Shown here in pieces: positions 17,015 through 27,148 of a stretch of 64,000 nt of DNA. The notes below the pieces were generated by a model. The model searched no databases. It saw nothing but the letters and a program-made list of their open reading frames with translations, and was not told the DNA's origin. The stretch covers positions 386,635 to 450,634 of the forward strand of contig PBSN01000008.1 of the NCBI GenBank assembly GCA_002726235.1, in the 5' to 3' direction. How positions within the stretch are numbered: the first letter of the stretch is position 1; each line of letters opens with the position of its first letter. The position numbers and the translations under genes are program-made. The DNA comes from Nitrospiraceae bacterium (GTDB lineage Bacteria > Nitrospirota > Nitrospiria > Nitrospirales > UBA2166).

Positions 17015-18334
17015 TTATCGGTTTACCTCTTCACGTGATTCGACCTTCTCCTTCACTCTCACGGAGATGTTGGTCTCCATATAAGCCAAACCGACAAAAC
17101 GCTTCGCACTGTGGACTTGAAAGACAAGAAGGTCTTTTCGCTTGTCCAACATACGAACATGGGTGCCAAGCTTCTCTGTCACACCACAGCTTAGAATATA
17201 GTTTCCTGCGTGAAACTGCGTAAGGATTGAAAAATCAATGGTCAAGACCGTACCTGCTACCTGAGGGTCTAAGGGAAAATCAGCGTTATCAGTGCTGATA
17301 CCGTATACGGCAACACCAACTGGAGTGTGGATTGCCATCCCTACACTCGGCGTTGTGATATCACGATGAAAGGAAATGGTCATTGCGATCGTAACCCAGC
17401 TCCCCCTCTGCACAGCCCGACACGGCATATTTTTGTGATCGTAAAGCTCAACCTCAAGGATCTCTGCAGCACGCGAACCAAACCTATATTCCTCTCCTTC
17501 TAAGGCTGGCTGAAACCCAACATCTTCCAAGCCACGTTCACCATCATCGAGCCAATATGCCCGAGACCCTTGTGTCAACTTCAAACGCTCGACATATTCT
17601 TCTTCCCGGCGAGACAACAACTCCCTATAGGAGTGAAAAACATTTACTGGAGGGCCTGCAGTAAGCATTGTTCCATGATCAAGTAAAATGGCTTCGTCAC
17701 ACACGGTTTGTATCACCTGCGCACTATGCGAAGCCAATACAATCGTTTTCCCATCCCTCTTCGCCTGTTCAAGACGCCGGAAACATCGCCGCTGAAACAT
17801 GCTATCACCAACTTGAAGTGCCTCGTCGAGAATGAAGATATCAGCATCAATGTTTGCCGCAATAGCAAACGCCAGTCTAATGTACATTCCAGATGAGTAG
17901 GTCTTGACCGGTTGATCAAGAAACGTACCAATTTCCGCAAAGTCCACGATCAGATCAAAGCGTTCTTCCATCTCAGCACGATCAATCCCAAGAATAGCGC
18001 CGTTAAGATACACATTGTCGCGTCCAGTAAACTCGGGATCAAACCCTGCGCCCAACGCCAACAAAGCTGCGATTCTTCCCTGAAGCTGGATTGTCCCTGT
18101 TGTAGGTTGCAGAACGCCTGCGAGGAGCTGCAGCAACGTACTTTTTCCTGCTCCGTTTTGTCCAACCAAGCCAATAATTTTGCCCCGTTCGACCTCAAAA
18201 GAAATATCGCGTAACGCCCAATACTCTTCATGATAGCTTCTGCGTCGAATGGAAAACAGTTCACGTAATCGATCCACTGGACGACGATAAAGATTGTAAG
18301 ATTTGGATAAGTTGTGCACGACAACCGTGTTCAT
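17015..18334 (-). CDS. wzt: Polysaccharide ABC exporter ATP-binding subunit with C-terminal Wzt_C domain
   Basis: Walker A GQNGAGKST, GAGFDPEFTGRDN, KTYSSGM signature, ILDEAL, C-terminal RFGS.. extension. Confidence 0.93.
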   Translation of the reverse strand: MNTVVVHNLSKSYNLYRRPVDRLRELFSIRRRSYHEEYWALRDISFEVERGKIIGLVGQNGAGKSTLLQLLAGVLQPTTGTIQLQGRIAALLALGAGFDPEFTGRDNVYLNGAILGIDRAEMEERFDLIVDFAEIGTFLDQPVKTYSSGMYIRLAFAIAANIDADIFILDEALQVGDSMFQRRCFRRLEQAKRDGKTIVLASHSAQVIQTVCDEAILLDHGTMLTAGPPVNVFHSYRELLSRREEEYVERLKLTQGSRAYWLDDGERGLEDVGFQPALEGEEYRFGSRAAEILEVELYDHKNMPCRAVQRGSWVTIAMTISFHRDITTPSVGMAIHTPVGVAVYGISTDNADFPLDPQVAGTVLTIDFSILTQFHAGNYILSCGVTEKLGTHVRMLDKRKDLLVFQVHSAKRFVGLAYMETNISVRVKEKVESREEVNR

Positions 18335-18382
18335 CCGCTTCTCTCACCACACACTGCTGCGACAATCGCAAACTGTTTAGGT

Positions 18383-19204
18383 TTATAAAACATCGGCAAA
18401 TGCGGGTTTGGATCGCATGAAAAATAGATACCCAAATGCGGCAACCATCACCATGACACACGTCAATATGAGCAATCCTGCTATGTCTGGAACAGTCCCT
18501 TCAATGATTGCAAGTCGATAACCTTTGACCAGATGGGCCATAGGATTGATCACCAACAGTATCTTCAACGATTCCGGAACTAGTTCGGCCGGATAAATGA
18601 TAGGCGTGAGAAACATCCACATCTGGGTACCCAAGCCAATCGCATGCCCTGTATCACGTACGAATACCCCAAGACATGCAATCGTCCAAGTTAATCCAAT
18701 CGTAAACAAAAGCTGAAGACACACCAACAGCGGAACAAACACGACCGTCCACGTCAATGGTGTAAAAAATACGCCGACTACACCCAGCAATAATGTAAAT
18801 CCAATCCCAAGCTGAATCATTCCGGAAAGTGATACTGATAAAGGGAGAATCTCCACCGGAAAAATGATACGCTGCACAAAATGTGCGTTTTCTCGTATCA
18901 GCGATGCTGATCGATTCAGCGCGTCGCTAAATGTAAGCCAAGGAATCATGCCACACAGAAAATACACTACAAAATCAGCACTTCGCCCTCCCCCGAAACG
19001 TACCTTAAGGATTGTCGAGAAGACAAATGTAAAGATAAGGATGATACAAAGTGGCGTGATGACCGCCCAGGTAAACCCCATTGTCGTCCCTTTGTATTTT
19101 CCAACAAAGTCTTTGCGAATAAAGTCCGCAATAAGGCTTCGCGACCGATAGAGAGAGAGCAACAATGTGAATTTAAGCACGGCACGCTTCCTGGCTCGCA
19201 TCAC
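18383..19204 (-). CDS. wzm: Polysaccharide ABC exporter permease
   Basis: KYKGTTMGFTWAVITP, FPVEILP, RDTGH, FLTPIIYP, INPMAH, FADVL. Confidence 0.93.
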   Translation of the reverse strand: MMRARKRAVLKFTLLLSLYRSRSLIADFIRKDFVGKYKGTTMGFTWAVITPLCIILIFTFVFSTILKVRFGGGRSADFVVYFLCGMIPWLTFSDALNRSASLIRENAHFVQRIIFPVEILPLSVSLSGMIQLGIGFTLLLGVVGVFFTPLTWTVVFVPLLVCLQLLFTIGLTWTIACLGVFVRDTGHAIGLGTQMWMFLTPIIYPAELVPESLKILLVINPMAHLVKGYRLAIIEGTVPDIAGLLILTCVMVMVAAFGYLFFMRSKPAFADVL

Positions 19205-19210
19205 GCTGCA

Positions 19211-20032
19211 TCACGTCTCAAAAGAATAACCGGACAAAAAATCATAGGATGCCATCTGCGCACGCACCCGCTCGATGTCGTCCTGATCCCAATCAATCTT
19301 ATGGCGACTCTTGTTTGGGGAAGAAAACACAACCTGAGAACATGCCGTCGTATAGTCGTCCGGACAATTAATCCCCAAAAACTTACACAGGGTCTGTAAC
19401 CACAAAACTGGGCGTTCAATCATTGCTTCATGAGGAATATCGAGCATGTCTTCGCTCGCCACTCGTCGCTTAATATCTGCCACTGTCTGATACAGTAGAA
19501 AATGCTCTTCAATAAGGCTTTGAAAATCTACCGTCCCGTGTCGCAAACGCTTCAAGTACTTGGTCGCGATATTATCGTAGGGGTTCCGAATGACATGGAT
19601 CAATTTCACTGGAAGAGCAATCGTTTGCTCCAACTTCCACAGAAGTTTGGGGTCATCACGCAAATGCAAGGTGGCTTGCTGCCCCTTCTTATCTCCAATC
19701 ACACGCATCGAGGTGAAGCGGCCTTGCCATTGATTGGAAACACCGTACAAATGGCCTCCCCGCGCCCTCCCGCGCTGCACACTCAACTGAGAATTGTGGA
19801 GAATTAACTCAAAGAGATGTTGTTTTCCAATGCCGTCTTGAATATATTTCATGGCATCAAGTTGATCGGCAATAATCACATTGGGATGAGCATCAAGCAA
19901 TGCCCCAATAAGTGAGTGTCCGCTTCGTGCATAGCCAACAAACATGCAGTAGGTAGCGATGTCGTCAAAGATCGTTGAACTGTCCATCCTGCCCTGGGGA
20001 GAAATCAAATGCTGTTTTGACATCACTAGCAA
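19211..20032 (-). CDS. Sulfotransferase family protein
   Basis: GYARSGHSLIGALLDAHP, IGDKK, IHVIRNPYDNIAT. Confidence 0.85.
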   Translation of the reverse strand: MLVMSKQHLISPQGRMDSSTIFDDIATYCMFVGYARSGHSLIGALLDAHPNVIIADQLDAMKYIQDGIGKQHLFELILHNSQLSVQRGRARGGHLYGVSNQWQGRFTSMRVIGDKKGQQATLHLRDDPKLLWKLEQTIALPVKLIHVIRNPYDNIATKYLKRLRHGTVDFQSLIEEHFLLYQTVADIKRRVASEDMLDIPHEAMIERPVLWLQTLCKFLGINCPDDYTTACSQVVFSSPNKSRHKIDWDQDDIERVRAQMASYDFLSGYSFET

Positions 20033-20081
20033 TCTAAAACAACATACTTCGATTGAAACATTCTACTGCCCGCCCTTACTA

Positions 20082-20936
20082 TCAATCATAGGAATATCCA
20101 TTCAAAAAACTAAACGGTTTCATCTTCTCACAAACTATCTCAATATCTTCCGGTTCCCATTCGATATCATTTCGAGTTTTGCGAGGCGCCCGAAACACAA
20201 TCTGCGAGCACTGTTCAGCATAGTCGGTCGGACACTCAATCCCCAAGAACTCACACACGGTCTGTAAACATTGAGCCGGATCTTCAATCATCAATTCATG
20301 GTAGATTTCAAGGTATTCCTCCTCACTTAACTTACCTTTCACATCAGAAACGGTTTGACATTGGGCAAAGTGTTGTTCGATGACATGCCGAAGGTTTGCT
20401 GGTCCGCGTTGCAAACGTCTGCGATACTTAGTAGCAATATTGTCATAGGGATTTCTCACAACATGAAATATCTTCAGGGGAAGTTCAATCGTCTTGCGTA
20501 GTATTTGAAGCAGCTCGGGATTTTCTCGAAGCCGCAAACTCGACTTGCCTCCCTTTTTGTCCCCAATAACACGTAAGGTCGTATATCTCCCCTGCCACTG
20601 ATCCTTGATTTCATAGCTATACCCAGTCGCTTTGCGCCCACGAAACGCGTGAGCTTTGGAATTTTCCCGCAACAGATGAAAGATCTGATATTTCGTAAAA
20701 CCCGCGTGAACATACTTAAGCACATCAAGTTCATGAGCTAGGATGACATTCGGGTGTGCATCAAGCAATGCACCAAATAAAGATGTTCCGCTTCGGGCAT
20801 AGCCGAGAAACATGCAGAATGTCTCAAGCTGCGTAAATTGAGCACGATGTTTTATCCCACCATATCCCGAAAGAAGATACCCCTTTATCAACTCTAAAAC
20901 ACTGGACCCAATGGGATTGTGGGAGAAAAGACTCAT
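20082..20936 (-). CDS. Sulfotransferase family protein, paralog of 19211-20032
   Basis: GYARSGTSLFGALLDAHP, IGDKK, HVVRNPYDNIAT. Confidence 0.85.
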   Translation of the reverse strand: MSLFSHNPIGSSVLELIKGYLLSGYGGIKHRAQFTQLETFCMFLGYARSGTSLFGALLDAHPNVILAHELDVLKYVHAGFTKYQIFHLLRENSKAHAFRGRKATGYSYEIKDQWQGRYTTLRVIGDKKGGKSSLRLRENPELLQILRKTIELPLKIFHVVRNPYDNIATKYRRRLQRGPANLRHVIEQHFAQCQTVSDVKGKLSEEEYLEIYHELMIEDPAQCLQTVCEFLGIECPTDYAEQCSQIVFRAPRKTRNDIEWEPEDIEIVCEKMKPFSFLNGYSYD

Positions 20937-21838
20937 TGCTGATGAAACGTCGCCGCATATCGTTGCTCAAACAACGCAGTTGCAAATCGATAAAGTTCAC
21001 TATCAAGAGATGTATAGGATTCAATCTGAGCTATGGTTTCGTGCGAAAGGGTTTCCTCCGTAAGTGCTGGATCGCGTAGCGCGTTCAGATGGGGAACATC
21101 CATCGTAGTCGTCCAGCCAAACGTAGCTAGCAAAAGCTCCATCGACTCCGCAAAACGATCTGTAATACCAACAAATTCAAACGAGGCAAGACGCTGCTTG
21201 GCTTTTTCCAGTAGCTCATCATCACTCATATTTGTCGTTGTATAGGAAAGCAACTTTGCTTGTTTTGGAAGAATTTCTTTCCCATCGTCATCGTAATATG
21301 TTTGGGTTAGATCAAAATCTATTGCAAGATTACGTACTTGAAAGTTGGTAATAAGTCGTCGCGTCGGAGGAAAGGAAAGAAAATCCTCAATGGTTACGTT
21401 GGGATCAAGAAACCGCTCATGGCCCACTGATTTCCTGACACGATTTCGCATCAAATTTTTAAAACGTGAGATTGTTCGGCTAACCGGTTCCCGAATCATC
21501 GTGATAACACGAGGCACTTGCGGAAGCAATGCGATGAGTGTATGGCCTAGATGACCGGCAAACAATGAGTAATTAGCAAGTTCATTTTTGTCCCGCTTCA
21601 CGATATCGGCAAGTTCATGCATGTAAGAGAATGGCGCGATATGATCTTTTGAAAACTGTTCCTCAATGACGGATCGTAGCGAAGTTCCGGCCGTTTTTGG
21701 AATGTGGAGAAAGTAAGTTTGAGTTTTTTTAGCTTCGTTATGCATCAGCTTTTTCGACTCATCATTCAGCGCAACCGTATGATCATGGCGAGACCAATAT
21801 GTTTTGTAGCATGCGGTGATAGCGTCGTCCAAATACAA
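20933..21838 (-). CDS. Sulfotransferase family 2 protein
   Basis: YFLHIPKTAGTS, TMIREPVSRTIS, FEFVGITDRF, LDSELY; start uncertain. Confidence 0.87.
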   Translation of the reverse strand: MYLDDAITACYKTYWSRHDHTVALNDESKKLMHNEAKKTQTYFLHIPKTAGTSLRSVIEEQFSKDHIAPFSYMHELADIVKRDKNELANYSLFAGHLGHTLIALLPQVPRVITMIREPVSRTISRFKNLMRNRVRKSVGHERFLDPNVTIEDFLSFPPTRRLITNFQVRNLAIDFDLTQTYYDDDGKEILPKQAKLLSYTTTNMSDDELLEKAKQRLASFEFVGITDRFAESMELLLATFGWTTTMDVPHLNALRDPALTEETLSHETIAQIESYTSLDSELYRFATALFEQRYAATFHQQ

Positions 21839-21937
21839 TTTTTAGGTTGTTGTAATTGTGGCGCAGGGTAAGACGCAAAGACGGCCGAAGCGGAAGATAT
21901 CTTGAAATACGTAAAGATCGATCCCATAGCAACACTG

Positions 21938-22756
21938 TCATGAGGCAAAAGGGAAGTGTCCTGAAAAATTATGTTCAAATATTTCAGTAGCAAACCTATA
22001 CAACTCAGCATCAAGCGATGTACATGCCTGTATATCAGCAAGCGTCTGATTCGAGAGTGGCCGAGCAAGCCCAAGTGACGTAGATGAGGCATTGAGAAAC
22101 GGGCTATCCATCGTGCCCTCCCAGCCAAATGTTGAACACAAAAGATCAAGCGAGTCTCTAAATCGCTCGGTAACTCCCACAAATTCAAACGAGGCTAGGC
22201 GCCTTTTGGCCCTGCTCAACAAATCATGATCACTCAACCCCGTTGATGTATAAGCGAAGAGTTTGTTCATCTTCGGAACAATAGGATTGCCGGAAAAATC
22301 TGTATAAGTCTTGGTTAAATCAAAATCCTGTGCAAGATTGCGAACCTGAAAATTTGTGATGAGTCGTCGTGTGGGTTCAAATGCCAAAAAATCATCAATG
22401 CTGACATCAGGATCTAAAAAACGATTGTGCCCCCACGGAGCGCGTCCCGAACGTGCAGCATGTAGCCTCATATAGTTGAATCGTGAAATCGTGCGTGCAA
22501 CAGGATCACGAAGCATAGTAATCACGCGTGGCGGCGTTGGAAGAAGAGAGAGCAGGGTATACCCCATATGTCCCGCAATCACTGGATAGGTGGCAAGCTC
22601 ACTGACGTCCCGTCTCACCACGTCCGCCAATTCCTGCATGACAGAACAGGGACAGATTTCTTCGGGTTCAAATTGAGCTTCAATTATTTTTCGAAGAGAC
22701 GTTCCAGCTGTTTTTGGAATATGGAGAAAGTAGATTTGCCGTAGATCTGCCGTCAT
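21938..22756 (-). CDS. Sulfotransferase family 2 protein, paralog of 20933-21838
   Basis: YFLHIPKTAGTS, TMLRDPVARTIS, FEFVGVTERF, LDAELY. Confidence 0.87.
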   Translation of the reverse strand: MTADLRQIYFLHIPKTAGTSLRKIIEAQFEPEEICPCSVMQELADVVRRDVSELATYPVIAGHMGYTLLSLLPTPPRVITMLRDPVARTISRFNYMRLHAARSGRAPWGHNRFLDPDVSIDDFLAFEPTRRLITNFQVRNLAQDFDLTKTYTDFSGNPIVPKMNKLFAYTSTGLSDHDLLSRAKRRLASFEFVGVTERFRDSLDLLCSTFGWEGTMDSPFLNASSTSLGLARPLSNQTLADIQACTSLDAELYRFATEIFEHNFSGHFPFAS

Positions 22757-22788
22757 TGGAAGGGCGAAATCGTGTCTCGAAGTCGTAG

Positions 22789-24195
22789 CTACCTAAAACA
22801 CCTGACAATGTCATGACGGCACGGCGACAAGACAACATCCAGTATCATAGGCTCGGTCAGGTTAAGCATGACAAACGATTTCTCCTTTTGAAACCCCTTT
22901 GTTTTTGTCACAACTCGGTATTCACCCTCCGGAAGTCCGGTAAAAAAATAACGCCCTTCCTCGTCAGTCAAAGCTTTGTGCTTGAATACCGTTTTCCCAT
23001 CATTTCGCTGTTTGAGTACAATTTGCGCGCCAAGCACGGCCTTTTCATCGCCCTCATCATCTACACGCGTCACCATGCCACTTAATGCTGTTGACGCATT
23101 GCCTGACGGAGGAACGAGCCGAAACACCGCATCAAACGTCGTGTAGTAGAGATTACCATCGGCTCCAGTTTTCACATCTAAAGTCCCGACAGGCCCTTCA
23201 TCTACAAAATTTTCCAATACACCAACCTGATCATAGGATGGAGGCATAAGTTTGATGCGTTGCACCCGACCAGTATTACAGTCGGTAAAAAAAAGATCAT
23301 TGCGGTATTGCTCCGGAAAGGTATTCCCAGAATAAAAGTCCATTCCGGTTGGACAAATGGATGGGTTGAAGTTGACAATTGGGTCGATAAAGATTGTGTT
23401 GGGTGTTTCACAGCCCCCCATGCAAATGGGCCAACCATAGTTTCCGCCTGCCTTCAACAGGTTAATCTCATCATCATTTCTCCCATTCTCGCTGAAGAAT
23501 ACTCTCCCAGTTATGGGATGAACGGCAATGCCAAAACTATTGCGGATTCCAGATGCAAAAACGGGAGAGCCTTCACTAGGATTGTCCACAGGAATCGACC
23601 CATCCGCATTCACCCGAATGATCTTACCCTGTACGACCTCATCGTCCTGCGCAAGATCTTGAAATCCCGTATCCCCTCTGGTAATCAATAAAGTATTGTC
23701 GGGTAAAAATACAATCCGTCCACCATTATGTTTACCGTCTCCTGGCTGCCTCAAGATTTCAACTTCATCAATTCCAATCCCTTCAACATCACGAAACCGT
23801 GATACCACGATTTCAGTAGGGGTTGGTGTATACAGCACATACAGAAACTGGTTGGTGGCAAAGTCAGGATCAGCAGTCAAAGCAAGCAACCCCAGTCCAC
23901 GAGCACCTCCAACATCAAACGACGTCGCGACAGTAAGCGTGACAAAGGGCTCCGGCTCGAGAATGCCATCCTTGAGCACACGAACCGACCCGGTAAGCAA
24001 CTCGGCATAGAAGAGCCGACCATCGGGAACTGGTGCAAGAGAGACTGGAATCGCAGCGTCTGTGACGAGGGTCTCGACCTGAAAACCTATCGGTGGATGT
24101 GAATCCACCTCTGAAACACCAAGCAGCGCAAAAAAACAGACCCACATAAGACGTAGCATGATGAACCTCTCACGCTGGCTGCTGGCACTCCACAA
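22789..24195 (-). CDS. Glucose/sorbosone (PQQ-dependent aldose sugar) dehydrogenase-family propeller with C-terminal carboxypeptidase-regulatory-like domain
   Basis: GLLALTADPDF, HNGGRIVF, GIRNSFG, DEINLLKAGGNYGWP; C-terminal TDEEGRYFFTGLPEGEY; signal peptide. Confidence 0.85.
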   Translation of the reverse strand: MWSASSQRERFIMLRLMWVCFFALLGVSEVDSHPPIGFQVETLVTDAAIPVSLAPVPDGRLFYAELLTGSVRVLKDGILEPEPFVTLTVATSFDVGGARGLGLLALTADPDFATNQFLYVLYTPTPTEIVVSRFRDVEGIGIDEVEILRQPGDGKHNGGRIVFLPDNTLLITRGDTGFQDLAQDDEVVQGKIIRVNADGSIPVDNPSEGSPVFASGIRNSFGIAVHPITGRVFFSENGRNDDEINLLKAGGNYGWPICMGGCETPNTIFIDPIVNFNPSICPTGMDFYSGNTFPEQYRNDLFFTDCNTGRVQRIKLMPPSYDQVGVLENFVDEGPVGTLDVKTGADGNLYYTTFDAVFRLVPPSGNASTALSGMVTRVDDEGDEKAVLGAQIVLKQRNDGKTVFKHKALTDEEGRYFFTGLPEGEYRVVTKTKGFQKEKSFVMLNLTEPMILDVVLSPCRHDIVRCFR

Positions 24196-24234
24196 CTACG
24201 CAATACATTTGACCTAACCTCATATAGCGTATAG

Positions 24235-27036
24235 CTAATTTCCAACAGCTGTACCCTGAACAATAGTCACATCTTGGCATGAGGAGTTGGATTGTGGACA
24301 CGTTTGCCCATCCCAAACGGATAAGCGAACTGGGATCCCAACAATACTAATCGTATACGCAAAACCTCCAAGCACTGGGTCAACTATCGGCAACCCCGCC
24401 TCCCCCAGAACCGCTACCAACGCATCTGGGCTAAAAGTAAGTGAACCCGGAGCAACTCCCGTAGTTAACACACCGTTATTTGTTAATGGCGTTGTTGATA
24501 CCACCTCGAGTCCATCCTCATCCCTACCAACAAAAGCAATCCTGGTCGCCGAGAGATCGATCAGAACAGATTCTTTGGACACGGCAAACGTCACTGGCGA
24601 AAAACTCGCGGTCGATACTTTAGGATTGCCAAGAACATCGAGCCCTATAACCAGCGCGCCACTGCGTGTGCCCGTTCCTTGATCTGGATGAACGGTAAAG
24701 TCAAATTTTACAGTCGCCGCATTCAGCGAATTCCCTGGAACTCCCAGAGTCGCCACAGCAGCGCTAATCTCGTTGACAGAAACAAACTGCACTTGACTGT
24801 CATCACGCATCACAAGGCCATTCCCCAGCAAAGTTATACTGAAATTGTCCTTTCCTAAGATAATCTCCCCCAAATTGGTAATACCACCTGGTACAGCCAG
24901 TACGGCTTGAGAACTGTTCGTCACATCACCACTCGTCACAGATGCCCGAATGGTAAACGGATTCGTCGCACACAATACCCCATTTGGTCCAGCAGGCACG
25001 TTAAGCACGGTGAACGATCCATCCGCACGAGTCATCACCGGTCCAACACCTGGAAGAGTCACCGCCACTCCAGCAACCGGTGTTACGGCAATGTTCTGCG
25101 AGCGCACAAGCCCAACTACCGTAGTACGTCGACAGGGAGAAGATGTAATCGCAGTGTGATACCACCCAAGCTTAAGTGGAGTTGGAAGCGGACCACACTG
25201 GACCTTGTCATCCAAATCATTCGCCTCGCCGTCCGTATCAACATCTATCACAGTGCACGAATCCCCAATCGGCTGCAACAGGCCATTCTTAATCCCATTG
25301 AGCGTTGGTACGTCGGCCACATTAAATCTATCAATATTGTCAAAGACAACGGACAGCACCGACCCAGCAGGACAATTCACATCTATCCCACTCGGATGAA
25401 ACGTTCCAAGCAATGTGGAACTCTGACCAGGTGGTAATGGAATCGGAAGCATGGCTGGATTAACCCTTGTGATTGAAAGCAATGGTGAATCCATTACTGG
25501 CGGCATAAGCAAGCATCCTTCGGAAAATCGAAGTTTGAGACCAGCATTGTTCACCACAAGCGACTCACCAAACTTCACCTGAAATACTCCCTCCCCGACA
25601 TCAGCGATGAGGTTAGACGGATCACTCAAATTTACCGCTCCATCGAGATCAAGTTCTGGCAAAGATACATCACGGAATACATTATCTACTCCGCCATTTA
25701 TAAAAACGGGCAAATCACGAATCGTCAGAAACTGTCCACTAGTGCCTCCATCCACCGTGACGTCTGTTGCGCGTATCCCAGCAAAAACGTCTGTTGCGCG
25801 TGCCCCATCAAAGGTAACCCTCGTCACCCCCGTCGCCCCAACGGGAACACTCATTCGAAATAGGCCATTGGCATTTGTCTCTCCCGTGATGAGTCCTGTC
25901 CCAAGTTGGACACTGACCCCCGATAATGCATTCCCAACTCCATCAAACACACGGCCTCGAAAAACCGTTCCAAATTCTCCGGAAGCAACTATGGCAACCC
26001 CTGTTGCACCAAAATTCGACGCAACTGCGTCAACATCGAGCATATTAATAACATCGTCAGAAATCAGATCGAGCCCATCAAGATATCCCACCTCACCTGC
26101 TCGTACTCCCAAGCGGTTTATCAAGATGGGAACATCCAAGCCATCAACCAAACCATCATCATTGGTGTCTGCAATTGAAGCATCAACCAAGGGTTCTTTC
26201 ACGGTGCCAACTTGAAGATCAAACGTTATTGCAACTTTATTTCCCGCAAAGTCTTTCGCAAAAATCTGCAATGGAATCGGTTCCGTATCAAGAGGGGTAA
26301 ACGAGACACGGATGGTAAACACACCATCCCCAGCCAAAACATCTCCCCCAGTTCCATCATCGAGAAGTCGACCAAGTTTTCCCGCACGCCTTCTGGCCCC
26401 AGGTTCAGCTAATTGATATAACTTGACATTCTTGAGGTCACCAATTGGGAAGCCGATCGTTTTATCCGCCTGGGGATCCAGAACCCTCACCGAAACCACA
26501 ACAACTTGTTTTCCACCTTGAGGGTCGAGAACGCTTGGCTGCACAGTGAGTTCACTCAACACAGGGGTAGCTGTGTGGTTGACAATCGAAAGAATGGCAC
26601 CGCGTTTGGTTTGATTCCTTTCCTGATCCGTTGCCTTTACTTTTAGAAACACACGTTCTGCAACCTCAGTATCCACAATCAACTGAGCCGTGAAACGCCC
26701 ATCTTCCGCTACCTCATCACCTCCAGTACCATCGTCAGTTAACTTCACTGTTTTCTTGGTCACACCTTTGCGGTTCACCACAACCTTCACAGTTTTGAGA
26801 TTCAAATCCGGATCAAACACAAGCGCGGATACCGTGACCACCTGTACGCCTATGCCTTGCTCCAGCACTGTAGGCTCAACGGTCACATCACTCAATGTGG
26901 GAGGTAGCGCTACCACGATGCTTGGAAGACACACCACCCCACATGCCACTATGAACACAACCAGTAACGGAAAACGCGCCAAATAATTCGATGTGATTAA
27001 TTTGACATATGCCACGCCGCATTGTATCACAGACAC
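24235..27036 (-). CDS. Large exported multidomain surface protein (two DDG..GD..xGDG repeats, dockerin-like paired EF-hand, carboxypeptidase-regulatory-like domains)
   Basis: LTDDGTGGDEVAEDGRFT and LLDDGTGGDVLAGDGVFT; ADTNDDGLVDGLD and LDLISDDVINMLD; GETNANGLF, TRADGSFTV; signal peptide. Confidence 0.7.
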   Translation of the reverse strand: MSVIQCGVAYVKLITSNYLARFPLLVVFIVACGVVCLPSIVVALPPTLSDVTVEPTVLEQGIGVQVVTVSALVFDPDLNLKTVKVVVNRKGVTKKTVKLTDDGTGGDEVAEDGRFTAQLIVDTEVAERVFLKVKATDQERNQTKRGAILSIVNHTATPVLSELTVQPSVLDPQGGKQVVVVSVRVLDPQADKTIGFPIGDLKNVKLYQLAEPGARRRAGKLGRLLDDGTGGDVLAGDGVFTIRVSFTPLDTEPIPLQIFAKDFAGNKVAITFDLQVGTVKEPLVDASIADTNDDGLVDGLDVPILINRLGVRAGEVGYLDGLDLISDDVINMLDVDAVASNFGATGVAIVASGEFGTVFRGRVFDGVGNALSGVSVQLGTGLITGETNANGLFRMSVPVGATGVTRVTFDGARATDVFAGIRATDVTVDGGTSGQFLTIRDLPVFINGGVDNVFRDVSLPELDLDGAVNLSDPSNLIADVGEGVFQVKFGESLVVNNAGLKLRFSEGCLLMPPVMDSPLLSITRVNPAMLPIPLPPGQSSTLLGTFHPSGIDVNCPAGSVLSVVFDNIDRFNVADVPTLNGIKNGLLQPIGDSCTVIDVDTDGEANDLDDKVQCGPLPTPLKLGWYHTAITSSPCRRTTVVGLVRSQNIAVTPVAGVAVTLPGVGPVMTRADGSFTVLNVPAGPNGVLCATNPFTIRASVTSGDVTNSSQAVLAVPGGITNLGEIILGKDNFSITLLGNGLVMRDDSQVQFVSVNEISAAVATLGVPGNSLNAATVKFDFTVHPDQGTGTRSGALVIGLDVLGNPKVSTASFSPVTFAVSKESVLIDLSATRIAFVGRDEDGLEVVSTTPLTNNGVLTTGVAPGSLTFSPDALVAVLGEAGLPIVDPVLGGFAYTISIVGIPVRLSVWDGQTCPQSNSSCQDVTIVQGTAVGN

Positions 27037-27148
27037 TTAAGTAACCTCACTGTGAGAATAGTCGCAACCACGGATAGTCGCAACGGTTTCCTCCTCATTC
27101 ATCAATATGCGGAAACCGAAGAAACGTCAGAATGAGATAGAAACATTT

